From positions 1 through 49,675 of the IMG/VR virus record IMGVR_UViG_3300043447_000138: a DNA stretch of 49,675 bases; one strand, given 5' to 3'. Within the stretch, counting starts at the first letter, position 1, and each line of letters starts with the position of its first letter. Below, one piece after another: positions 26,460 through 35,250 of the stretch. The notes beneath the pieces are model-generated. The model searched no databases, was not told where the DNA came from, and was given only the letters and a program-made list of their open reading frames with translations. Made by a program: the position numbers and the translations under genes. Source of the DNA: a virus. Taxonomy: Duplodnaviria; Caudoviricetes.

Positions 26460-26688
26460 TTTTGTACGCCATTAAAATTGTTTTAATTTGCTGTAAATAC
26501 TCATTAGTAGAATTCTCAGTTGGGAATTCTGACATTGCGGCATCTACGTCCTCGAGAACTTCATCAACAATGATTGCCTTTACGTTATCATCGTTTGTAA
26601 TAGTGAATAACTTAAATAGATAATCAATTTTTACGACTGGGTGTTCTTTCCACTGTCTTACGTTTTCCAAAAGTTCAACTATTTTCAA
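26452..26688 (-). CDS. Hypothetical protein
   Basis: Coupled ORF, AT-rich. Confidence 0.55.
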   Translation of the reverse strand: MKIVELLENVRQWKEHPVVKIDYLFKLFTITNDDNVKAIIVDEVLEDVDAAMSEFPTENSTNEYLQQIKTILMAYKNG

Positions 26689-26848
26689 TGCTATTCACCC
26701 ATTTGATTAAGTTGGTCTTCTCCTCACTATCTGGTAAAGTCAGAATCCGTTCTTTTGTGTGTTTAAGCCACTTGTCTAGCTTAGCGTCCAGTCTTTGATC
26801 CAGCTCTTGAAGACTAGTTTCTTTATACTCATTTAAATCTTTATCCAC
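26675..26848 (-). CDS. Hypothetical protein
   Basis: Probable GTG start overlapping upstream small ORF; track start 26935 less likely. Confidence 0.5.
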   Translation of the reverse strand: MDKDLNEYKETSLQELDQRLDAKLDKWLKHTKERILTLPDSEEKTNLIKWVNSIENS

Positions 26849-26975
26849 GTTTCTTCCAATCTTTAAATGGTTCAATGTATGTACCGTCGTTGAATGTACA
26901 GTTGCGCAAAGTGCGATACACATTCTGAATGCCATTTACTAAGTTCTCCATGTCAATCATTACATCTGTATTCAT
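26841..26975 (-). CDS. Small hypothetical protein (44 aa, MNTDVMIDMENL...)
   Basis: Hand-translated; first ATG after promoter at 27004-27033. Confidence 0.45.
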   Translation of the reverse strand: MNTDVMIDMENLVNGIQNVYRTLRNCTFNDGTYIEPFKDWKKRG

Positions 26976-26988
26976 ATATTATTAAATT

Positions 26989-27033
26989 AAAAAGGTCAGT
27001 ATGATTATACATCACACTGACCCTTGTAGTCAA
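26989..27033 (-). terminator. Terminator hairpin overlapping a promoter
   Basis: GGTCAGTGTGAT/ATCATACTGACC stem plus T5; TTGACT-18-TATAAT overlaps it. Confidence 0.7.
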
Positions 27034-27047
27034 CCTAAATGGTTGAT

Positions 27048-27314
27048 TTAGGCAACTAGGCCCATTGCCAAGGCGCGATAGCCTGCGGCAACAACATGGC
27101 GTGGTGCCTTGCCTGTGCGATACACAGTGATCTTTGTGCCGTCTGCTTTAGTAGCAGTGTTAGCAAAGACTGGGATACCGTCGGTCAAACGGATATCAGA
27201 GATAGTCGCTGTTGGGTTAGCGATCTTGAAACGAGCCTTGATTTGGCCCGCAGTGAAGTCTTGACCAGCCAATAGGGCTTGGATTAGACGTTGCTTTTTG
27301 CTTGCTTTTTGCAT
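27048..27314 (-). CDS. Conserved phage winged-HTH-like protein
   Basis: L..G..FT..QI..RF.IANP.A.IS.IR; AAGGA RBS. Confidence 0.7.
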   Translation of the reverse strand: MQKASKKQRLIQALLAGQDFTAGQIKARFKIANPTATISDIRLTDGIPVFANTATKADGTKITVYRTGKAPRHVVAAGYRALAMGLVA

Positions 27315-27428
27315 TTTAGTTTCCTTTAAGTTAAGTATGCTCTTTCGAACATATAATTATTGTAGCACTAACGCGGCTACAAGTCAACGACAATTGGACA
27401 ACTCAATCGCTTGAGTCATCCATTTGTT

Positions 27429-28247
27429 TCATACTTCAAAGCTCCTAACTTCAAAGTGGTCAGCGATGTGCTCGTGTCCTAAGTATCCGCGAGGATTTGC
27501 CACTACCCGTGTTTCGCCGATAACGTAATCGTGGGTAGAATGGACATGACCGTGAACCCAGGTCTTGATTTGAGGGTGATCCAGAATGAATTCCGACAGG
27601 TCACTAGCGTAACCGCCGTTCATGTGATGGTCACCAGGCGTACGGTACTGTTCCGAGATACTCATAAACGATGGTGCGTGATGGGTAATCACCACTACCG
27701 GCTTATCAGTATGCTTAACAATTTCCTCACGGAAGAAATTCATAGCCTTGATGTGGTCACGGAACGTGTACTCAGGCGTCAACTTGAAGTACAAGTTCTT
27801 GTCCTCGTAGAAGTTCTGAATAACACGGTAGTCATTCATACCTGCTTTGAGAGTGTAAGTAGTCAAGGAGTCGCCGTTGTTACAGTTAGTCCATAGTGTA
27901 GCACCCATGAACACAACGCCTTCAAACTCAAGGGCCTCTTTTTCGAGGATAGTCACGTTCTCTGGCACGATGCCTCTCAACACTTCTAAGGTCTTGTGAA
28001 ACTTGCCGTGATAGTGTTCGTGGTTACCCATGACCATGAATACCTTGCGATACTTCGAGCACTCACGCTCAAAGAAGTCAGTGTAACGGTAAGCACCGTC
28101 ATCATGGTCAATTAACTTAGTGTCATGGAACTGTTTACGTAGACTGCGTTCTTCACAGATATCACCAGCGAGTACCAACACATCACCGCCGGGAAGGGTA
28201 ACGTAGCCAAACTCTAAGTGTAAATCTGAACAGTAATCAATCCTCAT
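27429..28247 (-). CDS. Calcineurin-like metallophosphoesterase
   Basis: SDLHLE, LAGDI, GNHE, THHAP, HGH.H, NPRGY. Confidence 0.92.
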   Translation of the reverse strand: MRIDYCSDLHLEFGYVTLPGGDVLVLAGDICEERSLRKQFHDTKLIDHDDGAYRYTDFFERECSKYRKVFMVMGNHEHYHGKFHKTLEVLRGIVPENVTILEKEALEFEGVVFMGATLWTNCNNGDSLTTYTLKAGMNDYRVIQNFYEDKNLYFKLTPEYTFRDHIKAMNFFREEIVKHTDKPVVVITHHAPSFMSISEQYRTPGDHHMNGGYASDLSEFILDHPQIKTWVHGHVHSTHDYVIGETRVVANPRGYLGHEHIADHFEVRSFEV

Positions 28248-28617
28248 TTTGCTTTCTCTTTTCTCTCTCCTGGTGATGTTCATCACACAGTACTTTTAAC
28301 CAACCGCCTTGACGCAACTGTCCTCGTGCGCCACAGCGTTCACAAGTAATCTCGCTCATAGCTTCTGCCATACTAGCAAGACCTCTAATGTATTCATCAC
28401 CGCCGTCATAGTAGAAGCGGAGTTCACCAAACTTCTCTTTGATTTGTGCTACTACAACTTGCGGCACTTCGGGCTTCCAATCTAGGTACGATTGAATGTT
28501 GCGACACAGCATTGTTAGAATAGGGAACCAGCCCTCGTCACAATAAATGTCTCGTGCGCCCTCAGGGAAAATCTTAGGGTACACGGTTCTCAAATAGTTT
28601 TCTTGTTCATCTGTCAT
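28237..28617 (-). CDS. Conserved phage protein with Zn finger
   Basis: QIKEKFG.LRFY; C..CG...LC..H. Confidence 0.75.
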   Translation of the reverse strand: MTDEQENYLRTVYPKIFPEGARDIYCDEGWFPILTMLCRNIQSYLDWKPEVPQVVVAQIKEKFGELRFYYDGGDEYIRGLASMAEAMSEITCERCGARGQLRQGGWLKVLCDEHHQEREKRKQNED

Positions 28618-28621
28618 TCGT

Positions 28622-28972
28622 TTATATCCATTGCAAAATAAAAAGAGTCATATCTGATTCTAACTCAAACGCTATCTCTCTGATTGCTCTAAAGTATCGT
28701 CCTTGACAATTTTCTTTTAACCAAGTGTCAATGTTCTTCAAATCATATGCTGGTCTATCTATTCCCAAGGTTATTTTGTGCCATTTACTGCCAATGATTT
28801 CCATCATAAGCGTAGAGTCAATAGCTCTGGCTAATTGTCTTGCCGATTCATCTAAGGCTGCCTCAACTGTGGCGTTCAATGGCTCGACGGAAAATGATTT
28901 CTTGTTTTTGGAATGCTTCGACTTCCCATGGTCTGCTAAGATAGGGAGTTGAGGCTTTGTAACTTTTGCCAT
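28622..28972 (-). CDS. Orphan LRW-family protein
   Basis: WLKENCQG...FELESDMTLFILQWI; start uncertain, overlaps upstream gene. Confidence 0.65.
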   Translation of the reverse strand: MAKVTKPQLPILADHGKSKHSKNKKSFSVEPLNATVEAALDESARQLARAIDSTLMMEIIGSKWHKITLGIDRPAYDLKNIDTWLKENCQGRYFRAIREIAFELESDMTLFILQWI

Positions 28973-29282
28973 TCCAAACAATCTTTCTATTTGTTGTTTT
29001 TAGCTTACCACTGGCAATTTGCTTGACATGAACCATTTCATGGGCAATAGTGGCGCCTAGTTTAGCAAAGTCACGGGTAGAGCGTAGGGCAACTACGATA
29101 GCGTTAATGCCTGGTAGTGCTACTGTTATGCCTTCACTGTTTTCACCATCAACATCTTTTTCTACTCTGACCAGCAATGCTTTATTATATCTGGCTAGAC
29201 CCAATTGTTCAATCATTTCTGGAATCATATGCTCCAAAAACTCTTTAGTTCGTTTAGAGCGAGTTTCAACTGCGAATTCCAT
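28863..29282 (-). CDS. Putative zinc metallopeptidase
   Basis: AHEMVHVKQ and Y...PWEVEA. Confidence 0.8.
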   Translation of the reverse strand: MEFAVETRSKRTKEFLEHMIPEMIEQLGLARYNKALLVRVEKDVDGENSEGITVALPGINAIVVALRSTRDFAKLGATIAHEMVHVKQIASGKLKTTNRKIVWNGKSYKASTPYLSRPWEVEAFQKQEIIFRRAIERHS

Positions 29283-29283
29283 A

Positions 29284-29646
29284 TTATGCCTTATAGTCTT
29301 TGATTGTTAGTGCGGGTTCGTCTTTGAGAATTCTCAGCAACTGGTCGTCGCGGACGTGCTGTTCTTTTTTGGCACGTTTTGTTTCGTCGGATACTTTGAG
29401 CATCTTATCGTAAGAACGGGCCCACTCTACGCCACGGAGCCATTGCTCAAGTTGAAGTATAGTGCCCGTGAAGATTTCAGCATCACGGCTGTAGATAGGC
29501 AGGCTATCAGCGTCCTTAGGTTTGATCGATAGAACGTCACCGTAGTCACCATCAAAGCGGTGACGAGAGTGAGCCATAATGAACCCGAGTTCGTCAAGCT
29601 CACGCTCAAGTCGTTTGATTCTAATTACCGTATCATAGCCTGACAT
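29284..29646 (-). CDS. Hypothetical protein
   Basis: AAGGAG RBS after early promoter. Confidence 0.75.
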   Translation of the reverse strand: MSGYDTVIRIKRLERELDELGFIMAHSRHRFDGDYGDVLSIKPKDADSLPIYSRDAEIFTGTILQLEQWLRGVEWARSYDKMLKVSDETKRAKKEQHVRDDQLLRILKDEPALTIKDYKA

Positions 29647-29676
29647 TCGGACTCCTTTTAATCATTCAATACAAGT

Positions 29677-29705
29677 ATTATAGCAGGAGGCCGAATTATT
29701 GTCAA
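29677..29705 (-). promoter_or_regulatory. Early promoter repeat
   Basis: TTGACA-ATAATTCGGCCTCCTGC-TATAAT. Confidence 0.8.
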
Positions 29706-29725
29706 GTACTACTAAAGTATTACAT

Positions 29726-30169
29726 TTACCAGCTAGAGTGGTACTCAAAGTACCAGCCCTTGAGAGTGTCACCGGCATCTAATAGCCGCTTGATAATATC
29801 ACGAGTGTACTCAAGGTCACTAAAGTAGTATTCATCATACTTAGTGTCACCGAAGAAGAAGCCGCTTGTTGTGGGCAAGAGTTTGGCGGCGAGTTTGCGT
29901 TTTGCTAAGACCTCTTCAACGACCTTCAACAACTCGGCCAGCTTGTCCTTGCTTACTTCGTAGTTGCCGCAGTCATCAACACCATTCTGAACGTTGTCAA
30001 CGAACCATTTGTGAATGGCGTTTGCTTTGCGCCAGTAGCCATACTCAGCGGTGACTTCTTTTACTTTGGCAGTGCCCAGCTCAGGGAAGTTTTCCGTGAG
30101 TTTGTTGGCAAGTTCGTCCTCAGCATGCCACAGATAACGCTTAGCGTTCAGGTACATATCTAAACCCAT
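29726..30169 (-). CDS. Conserved phage protein
   Basis: GGAGG RBS; MGLDMYL, YWRKANAIH.WF, GFFFG...YD..Y, Y.SSW. Confidence 0.8.
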   Translation of the reverse strand: MGLDMYLNAKRYLWHAEDELANKLTENFPELGTAKVKEVTAEYGYWRKANAIHKWFVDNVQNGVDDCGNYEVSKDKLAELLKVVEEVLAKRKLAAKLLPTTSGFFFGDTKYDEYYFSDLEYTRDIIKRLLDAGDTLKGWYFEYHSSW

Positions 30170-30198
30170 TTTATCCTCCAGTTGTATACGTTTGAATT

Positions 30199-30327
30199 TC
30201 ACTTGGCAGTTTCAACTGCGATTGATTTGGTCTTCTCGAGGCCGTTGTCGAGAATACGAGCGATGCCACTAAAGCCTACCGTAGCAACTACGATACCAAA
30301 GATGGTACCAACGATAAAGTTTTTCAT
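30199..30327 (-). CDS. Small membrane protein (42 aa)
   Basis: Hand-translated MKNFIVGTIFGIVVATVGFSGIARILD...; ATGA coupling. Confidence 0.6.
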   Translation of the reverse strand: MKNFIVGTIFGIVVATVGFSGIARILDNGLEKTKSIAVETAK

Positions 30328-30707
30328 ACGATTTTTTCCTTTACAGATTCAACGTGTTTACATTTACGACGGAACTGGAAGCCCGTACAACTACAGGACA
30401 GACTAGAACCATTCACCGTGACAAAGTATTTTGATTTGCCATCGGAGCTACTCACTTCGATAACATTAGCGCCTTTGTCGGTGCGCTCTTCCACTTTGGC
30501 AAAGTAGACCGAATCTGCTTCGCCATTACGCACCAATCTAAACTTGCGACCTTTGGTCGAAATTGATATGGGACGCTTGAACTTGAATAGACTGGTAGTG
30601 CCATTCTTGATGTAACCAACCATCTTAGACTTGTCATCAGACAGATAGTAGATATGGTTTACAGCATTAGGCTCTGCCCATGCGGTTACTTCCTCAAAGA
30701 ATTTCAT
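30324..30707 (-). CDS. SWIM zinc-finger protein
   Basis: CSC.GF.FR.KCKH. Confidence 0.8.
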   Translation of the reverse strand: MKFFEEVTAWAEPNAVNHIYYLSDDKSKMVGYIKNGTTSLFKFKRPISISTKGRKFRLVRNGEADSVYFAKVEERTDKGANVIEVSSSDGKSKYFVTVNGSSLSCSCTGFQFRRKCKHVESVKEKIV

Positions 30708-30928
30708 TTCATTGCCTTGATATGATTGATTACAGCATTTGCTTCGGTGAAGTCGGTAATGTCATCCATGATGTCCATAGCTTCTGAATTCAACTCAGCG
30801 CGGCGTAGTTGGATCAACTCGATAGCATAGCTAATGTCATCGTCACCGATTGTCATCATCCATTCGTCAAACTCATCGTCAGTGAGTGACATGATGTAGT
30901 TGAGATTGTTGAGGTCATACGGATTCAT
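30704..30928 (-). CDS. Hypothetical acidic protein
   Basis: Coupled ORF. Confidence 0.7.
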   Translation of the reverse strand: MNPYDLNNLNYIMSLTDDEFDEWMMTIGDDDISYAIELIQLRRAELNSEAMDIMDDITDFTEANAVINHIKAMK

Positions 30929-31200
30929 TACACTGCCTCCAGCATAGAAGCAGGGACTCGCCAGCGACCTTGAGCGGTAGTGACGGTAGCAAACTTGAGT
31001 GCCATCTTATCGATGGTGCCAGTCATAGTTTGGCCAGTCTTGGTGTTGTTGAACTTTACTTTAGTGCCGATTACCAATGAACGGCGGTTTTGTTGCGTTA
31101 GTTGACTGCGGGCAAAGCGAATTGCGTCGGCAATCTGATTGAGTTCATCGTTAGACAGAGAACCAGTCACGATTTCACGAGTGATGTTAGCAACAGACAT
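30928..31200 (-). CDS. Hypothetical protein, SH3-like C-terminus
   Basis: G.KV.F...G...K...V...WRVPA.ML; AAGGAG RBS. Confidence 0.7.
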   Translation of the reverse strand: MSVANITREIVTGSLSNDELNQIADAIRFARSQLTQQNRRSLVIGTKVKFNNTKTGQTMTGTIDKMALKFATVTTAQGRWRVPASMLEAV

Positions 31201-31230
31201 TTACTACTCCTTTAAAGTTTCAATACAAGT

Positions 31231-31259
31231 ATTGTAGCAGGATTGGGATTTATTGTCAA
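31231..31259 (-). promoter_or_regulatory. Early promoter repeat
   Basis: TTGACA-ATAAATCCCAATCCTGC-TACAAT. Confidence 0.85.
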
Positions 31260-31444
31260 ACGTTATTGAGTTTTCTGGCTTCCATTATGAAGGTACACAC
31301 GGCTTCGTTGTATTCACCGTCAAAATTGAATACTTTATAATTAGTTTTATGAATAGTCTCAATTTGATAACGGTCGTTGCCTAGATGCCAAAGTATGATT
31401 TTGGTGTCACCTACTTGCTGACTTTCCAGATGTTGAACTGCCAT
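31256..31444 (-). CDS. Hypothetical protein
   Basis: AAGGAG RBS. Confidence 0.7.
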   Translation of the reverse strand: MAVQHLESQQVGDTKIILWHLGNDRYQIETIHKTNYKVFNFDGEYNEAVCTFIMEARKLNNV

Positions 31445-31471
31445 GATTCAATCTCCTTCTAAGAATTCACT

Positions 31472-31500
31472 ATTATAGCAGGAATGAAATTTATTGTCAA
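31472..31500 (-). promoter_or_regulatory. Early promoter repeat
   Basis: TTGACA-ATAAATTTCATTCCTGC-TATAAT. Confidence 0.85.
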
Positions 31501-31503
31501 GTA

Positions 31504-31791
31504 CTACTGGAGTATTAGTTTTATGAGGGCGATTGTGTCTACGGTCACAATGAATCCGTAGTTGGCTAAGCCACCGATGCTGCCTCTGGTCCATAGTGCC
31601 CATGCGAAGATAGCACTAGAGGTGACTGTTAGAGCAAGATACGCTAGGAAGGGTACATGGGGGACCGTGAGCATAAACATTACGTTAGCGCCTACGCTCA
31701 TGGCCCATGCTAAGATTTCGAGGACACAACGGAGTGGACTACTTGACCAATCGTCTTTAATCCATGCTATTGTGTCATCTACTAGTTTCAT
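31504..31791 (-). CDS. Membrane protein (TAG stop)
   Basis: Three hydrophobic segments. Confidence 0.7.
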   Translation of the reverse strand: MKLVDDTIAWIKDDWSSSPLRCVLEILAWAMSVGANVMFMLTVPHVPFLAYLALTVTSSAIFAWALWTRGSIGGLANYGFIVTVDTIALIKLILQ

Positions 31792-32054
31792 TACTTCTTG
31801 GTGCCTGCGTTGACGAAGCCGTACATCTTCTCAGCAGTTTCAAGAATCTTATCCATACCTGGGAATTCAGGCATTGCTACTGTGCTGACGAGTTGGCCGT
31901 CAACTTTTTTGGCTGACATTTCCCAACCAGCGAACTTGACTTGGTACTCTTGCATAACAACGTCTTTAGCCATAGCTAGAACGTCGGCACGAATTTCATA
32001 GCCGTTCTTGTTGAATTTAACTTCTGGTAGTTTTGGTGTTTCGAATTTTGACAT
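31791..32054 (-). CDS. Conserved phage protein
   Basis: AAGGAG RBS; KNGYEIR..L.MAK...P....IL..A..MY.FV. Confidence 0.75.
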   Translation of the reverse strand: MSKFETPKLPEVKFNKNGYEIRADVLAMAKDVVMQEYQVKFAGWEMSAKKVDGQLVSTVAMPEFPGMDKILETAEKMYGFVNAGTKK

Positions 32055-32269
32055 TTTAATCTCCTTATGTGTGTATGTCTGTGTATTCATTGTATAATGA
32101 ATGTTACTGTTTGTCAACAGGTTTTGGATGCTTAGGGAAGTTTAATTGTTCCCATTCTTCGTCGGTTACTGGCCACCACTGGTTCATGGTCTGTACCCCT
32201 TGATGTGACGCTGAGCCTGATAACGCTTAGCTTCTTGAATGCCTTCTAGTAAGGCTAATAGAAATTTCA

Positions 32270-32449
32270 TCATACTCTGCCCTCTTTAGCTTTCATGTTG
32301 TACTCGACAGTTAGGCGCTCTACGTCACCGCCGTTTTGTGGGTTGCGCTCACTGATATACTGCTCAAGACTTGAGCCGTATGTCCTTTCTTCACGAGCGA
32401 ATTTGATGCCTAGCACTAAGAGTGCTACCATAATGATAAAGACCACCAT
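32270..32449 (-). CDS. Small hypothetical protein (59 aa)
   Basis: Hand-translated; LEQYI..RNPQ...DVE. Confidence 0.5.
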   Translation of the reverse strand: MVVFIIMVALLVLGIKFAREERTYGSSLEQYISERNPQNGGDVERLTVEYNMKAKEGRV

Positions 32450-32451
32450 GA

Positions 32452-32730
32452 TTACTTGGCCTTCTTGTTTGTAGTAGCGCAGAATGGTGCTAGGAATTCA
32501 CTGACTTTCTTTGTTGCTTCAACATAAGGTGTACGGTCAGTAAAGACTTCGGTAACTTTAGTTGCGGCAACACTACCAGCAGTGATAGCGTCTTTTGTGT
32601 ATTCAGCTTGAGCGTCGATGAAACCGATTAGGGCTGATTTGATTTGTTCGTGTTGTACGAATGTATTGACGAATTGCTTTTTAGCAGATTGAATGGCGTC
32701 TACGCCTTGAAATGCGAAAGTGTTAAACAT
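32452..32730 (-). CDS. Hypothetical helical protein (phasin-like character)
   Basis: AGGAG RBS; Ala-rich amphipathic; family call is weak. Confidence 0.6.
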   Translation of the reverse strand: MFNTFAFQGVDAIQSAKKQFVNTFVQHEQIKSALIGFIDAQAEYTKDAITAGSVAATKVTEVFTDRTPYVEATKKVSEFLAPFCATTNKKAK

Positions 32731-32788
32731 ATTTTTCTCCTGTGTATGTGTATGTTTGAGAGTGTTTAGACAGAACTCTCAACTGTAT

Positions 32789-33076
32789 TTATGCTAGTTG
32801 ACCATGAGTCTCACGATATTTCTCTAGAGCCTTGGCTCTAATATCGGCAAGTCTGTCCATGATTTCATCTGATAGATCATCAGTGTCATCATCGCGGATG
32901 TCAACTCTAACTAGTCTGAATCTACCTGCTACCGGTGTTGCGATATCATCGTCATCAGGCAAGTCAACTGGGTCAGCGCCCTGGACAATCAGGGATTTCC
33001 TGTAAGGATTACTTCTTAGTATCTTTACTCTTGGAATTGCTTTTGGGATCTGCCTTGGCTTGTTTAGCCGCGGCAG
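32789..33076 (-). CDS. Probable unannotated acidic protein, start uncertain
   Basis: 95-codon open frame ...NPYRKSL...DDLSDEIMDRLADIRAKALEKYRE; possible CTG start after AAGGA. Confidence 0.45.
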   Translation of the reverse strand: MPRLNKPRQIPKAIPRVKILRSNPYRKSLIVQGADPVDLPDDDDIATPVAGRFRLVRVDIRDDDTDDLSDEIMDRLADIRAKALEKYRETHGQLA

Positions 33077-33197
33077 GTTTATCCTTCTTCTTTTTTGCTA
33101 GTTTCATTGGCTTTTCATTTGCGGCAGCTGGCGCTGGATCAGCCGCTAGTACTGACAAGCTAAATGCTACCATGATGATTGCTAATAGATGTTTCAT
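33009..33197 (-). CDS. Small secreted Lys/Ala-rich protein
   Basis: Signal peptide; basic low-complexity tail. Confidence 0.7.
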   Translation of the reverse strand: MKHLLAIIMVAFSLSVLAADPAPAAANEKPMKLAKKKKDKPAAAKQAKADPKSNSKSKDTKK

Positions 33198-33207
33198 TTT
33201 GTTTCCT

Positions 33208-33498
33208 TTAATTTTGAATTAGAACTAACTTGTAACAGTTACAGTCAGCAAAGAACATATATTCTTGGCGATAACCGTATGGTATTACTTGTGGCTGTTG
33301 AACTACAACTGGTGGTTGCTGAACAACTACAGGCTGCGGTCTTGTTAGAGCGTATGTTACTATGCCACCAATGATTAGTGGTGCCATCCAATCGCCACCA
33401 TGATGCCCGTGTCTGTGTCCATGACCGTGATGACCATGATGTTGAGCTTGTGCTACTGTAGCAACACAAAGCGTTAATAGTATAAACAGCTTTTTCAT
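33208..33498 (-). CDS. Secreted His/Gly-rich protein
   Basis: Signal peptide, HHGHHGHGH, W.AP...GG, PVVVQQP. Confidence 0.7.
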   Translation of the reverse strand: MKKLFILLTLCVATVAQAQHHGHHGHGHRHGHHGGDWMAPLIIGGIVTYALTRPQPVVVQQPPVVVQQPQVIPYGYRQEYMFFADCNCYKLVLIQN

Positions 33499-33549
33499 TT
33501 TTGTTCCCTCTATAATATAACGCCGCAGCCTCTTGTTTCGTTGACTTGC

Positions 33550-33927
33550 TTACAGAGTATTTATGAATTGTTCTACCGTTTCAGTGAGGTGAATCATTGT
33601 AGAGATACTGCTATCGTATACTACCACGTATAGTCGAGTCTTTTGATACATGAGCATATACGGACAAGGCATCTTGCGATCAAGTTTCAGCACATCTTGT
33701 GTCCAACTGGTAATGCTTACTTCGCCCTGAAATGGATGAGCGAATGATTCTATGTCGGCTAAGTCAAATTGTTCAGCACCATAGATAGTCAAGCCAAGGC
33801 CGCCGTTTGGCCTGATGTTCTTCCACCATGTTTTCATGGCGTTGTCAAAGTCAGCATCAGTGAACTGGGGGTTCAGGATACCTAGAACCGCCTTTGTGAT
33901 TTTTGCTTTGTCTTTGACGAATGGCAT
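33550..33927 (-). CDS. Conserved phage protein
   Basis: WW.N.R..GG..LT..G...LD....PY. Confidence 0.7.
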   Translation of the reverse strand: MPFVKDKAKITKAVLGILNPQFTDADFDNAMKTWWKNIRPNGGLGLTIYGAEQFDLADIESFAHPFQGEVSITSWTQDVLKLDRKMPCPYMLMYQKTRLYVVVYDSSISTMIHLTETVEQFINTL

Positions 33928-34217
33928 CAGTCTGGATAAACTTTAGTGCCAGTTGTTAGAAACACAACTGAAAACTTATCCGTATTGAACTGCTTGTTTA
34001 ATTTACGGCACAAGTTTCTCGCATGGCCTGGATTTGAGAACGAAGTCTTTTTGTATTTTGGCACAACTGAACTGTCCAAGTAGTGTTGGTTCTTTAAGTT
34101 GATAGGTTGATTATCGTAGTAGACCGCCCAGATGCCGCTTGCTTCGACAATCTGATCGACCTTATACGTTTTCTTATCAACTAATTCAAGCAACACTTTG
34201 CTTGGTGTTCTGCTCAT
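33927..34217 (-). CDS. Conserved phage protein
   Basis: WAV.Y...PINL, PKYKK.SFSNPGHA.NL..KLN..F....F.V. Confidence 0.75.
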   Translation of the reverse strand: MSRTPSKVLLELVDKKTYKVDQIVEASGIWAVYYDNQPINLKNQHYLDSSVVPKYKKTSFSNPGHARNLCRKLNKQFNTDKFSVVFLTTGTKVYPD

Positions 34218-34690
34218 TTACTCGCTTCTTTCATTACTGTATTTAGTGCCTGTTTGCACTCGGCTGCCGTATTGTACGGGCCTTGATATTCGTAGCGTTG
34301 TACAAAGATGTACTTAGGGCAGAACTGGTGTTCCCACTCGCCATTCATTTTGATGTTGAAGTGACCTGCTACATAATAACACTTGCTGTCGGCTGTCTTT
34401 GTGTACACGTGCAGCTTGCGTTGTACGTCATAGAAGTTGTTGTGGGTCTTACCGTCAGTTGGCCAATGAGCATAGGTTAGCTCAGTTGACTTCTTTGTTT
34501 TTTGTGGTTTCTCAAATACCAAGTGAATGTTCTTTTCAATACTCTTGGTAGTTGAGAATGTGTGAGTAGTACCACCGATCTTTACGCTATAGCCCTGCGT
34601 GTTGGCTTCAATGTTGCCAACTTTTGTAGTACCATCTGTGATAACCCACAATTGGTTCTTTACGATAGGTTTAGCGACTAAGTTTGTCAT
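34214..34690 (-). CDS. Conserved phage protein
   Basis: TK...SK..Y.AG...FCPK....QRY.Y.GP. Confidence 0.75.
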   Translation of the reverse strand: MTNLVAKPIVKNQLWVITDGTTKVGNIEANTQGYSVKIGGTTHTFSTTKSIEKNIHLVFEKPQKTKKSTELTYAHWPTDGKTHNNFYDVQRKLHVYTKTADSKCYYVAGHFNIKMNGEWEHQFCPKYIFVQRYEYQGPYNTAAECKQALNTVMKEASK

Positions 34691-35250
34691 TGGTGTTCTT
34701 CTTTCCATTTTTGAGCACGAGCTAACACTGCTTCAGGATCACGCTTATGTTCTTCGATGGCCTCACGTAGTGCCTCTTCGATAAGCTGATTGAATGTCAT
34801 GTCACGCTCGTGAGCAATCTTCATGTATTTTAACAATTCTTGGTCTGTAAAGTCAACAGGAATGGATACACGAGTATCGTAGTCACGACCCTCACGAATA
34901 GCGGTTGCTTTTTCGATCCAGTCTTCCTTGATTTCTAAGTCAACATAGTTAACATCGTCCCATGCTTCATTTACACTACAGCCACGTTCCTCTGATTCTG
35001 CTTCGTAGTCAACAAGGTAGTCAGGGTTAATCATACGATATGCGCGGTCGTTTGCGTAGTCGTGTGCTTGAGCTTCATACACTACTTGAGTCTTGGTATC
35101 AAAGATAATAGTGAATGAGTAGCCATCGTTATCGCCACTCCAACTGTCAAGTGTGTGAGCGTGTGGGCCATAGCAAGACCAAGTGAAGTTACTACCCTCA
35201 GTGATCTTATATTCAACTGTTTCTAACCATTCTTTAAGCGTAATCATCAT
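34687..35250 (-). CDS. Hypothetical protein, possible C-terminal ribbon-helix-helix
   Basis: AHERDMTFNQLIEEALRE. Confidence 0.7.
   Translation of the reverse strand: MMITLKEWLETVEYKITEGSNFTWSCYGPHAHTLDSWSGDNDGYSFTIIFDTKTQVVYEAQAHDYANDRAYRMINPDYLVDYEAESEERGCSVNEAWDDVNYVDLEIKEDWIEKATAIREGRDYDTRVSIPVDFTDQELLKYMKIAHERDMTFNQLIEEALREAIEEHKRDPEAVLARAQKWKEEHQ

Noticed and set aside
33088-33100. A-AAA-AAG slippery site as a -1 frameshift
   Set aside because: The -1 frame stops within a few codons; the long downstream frame is +1.
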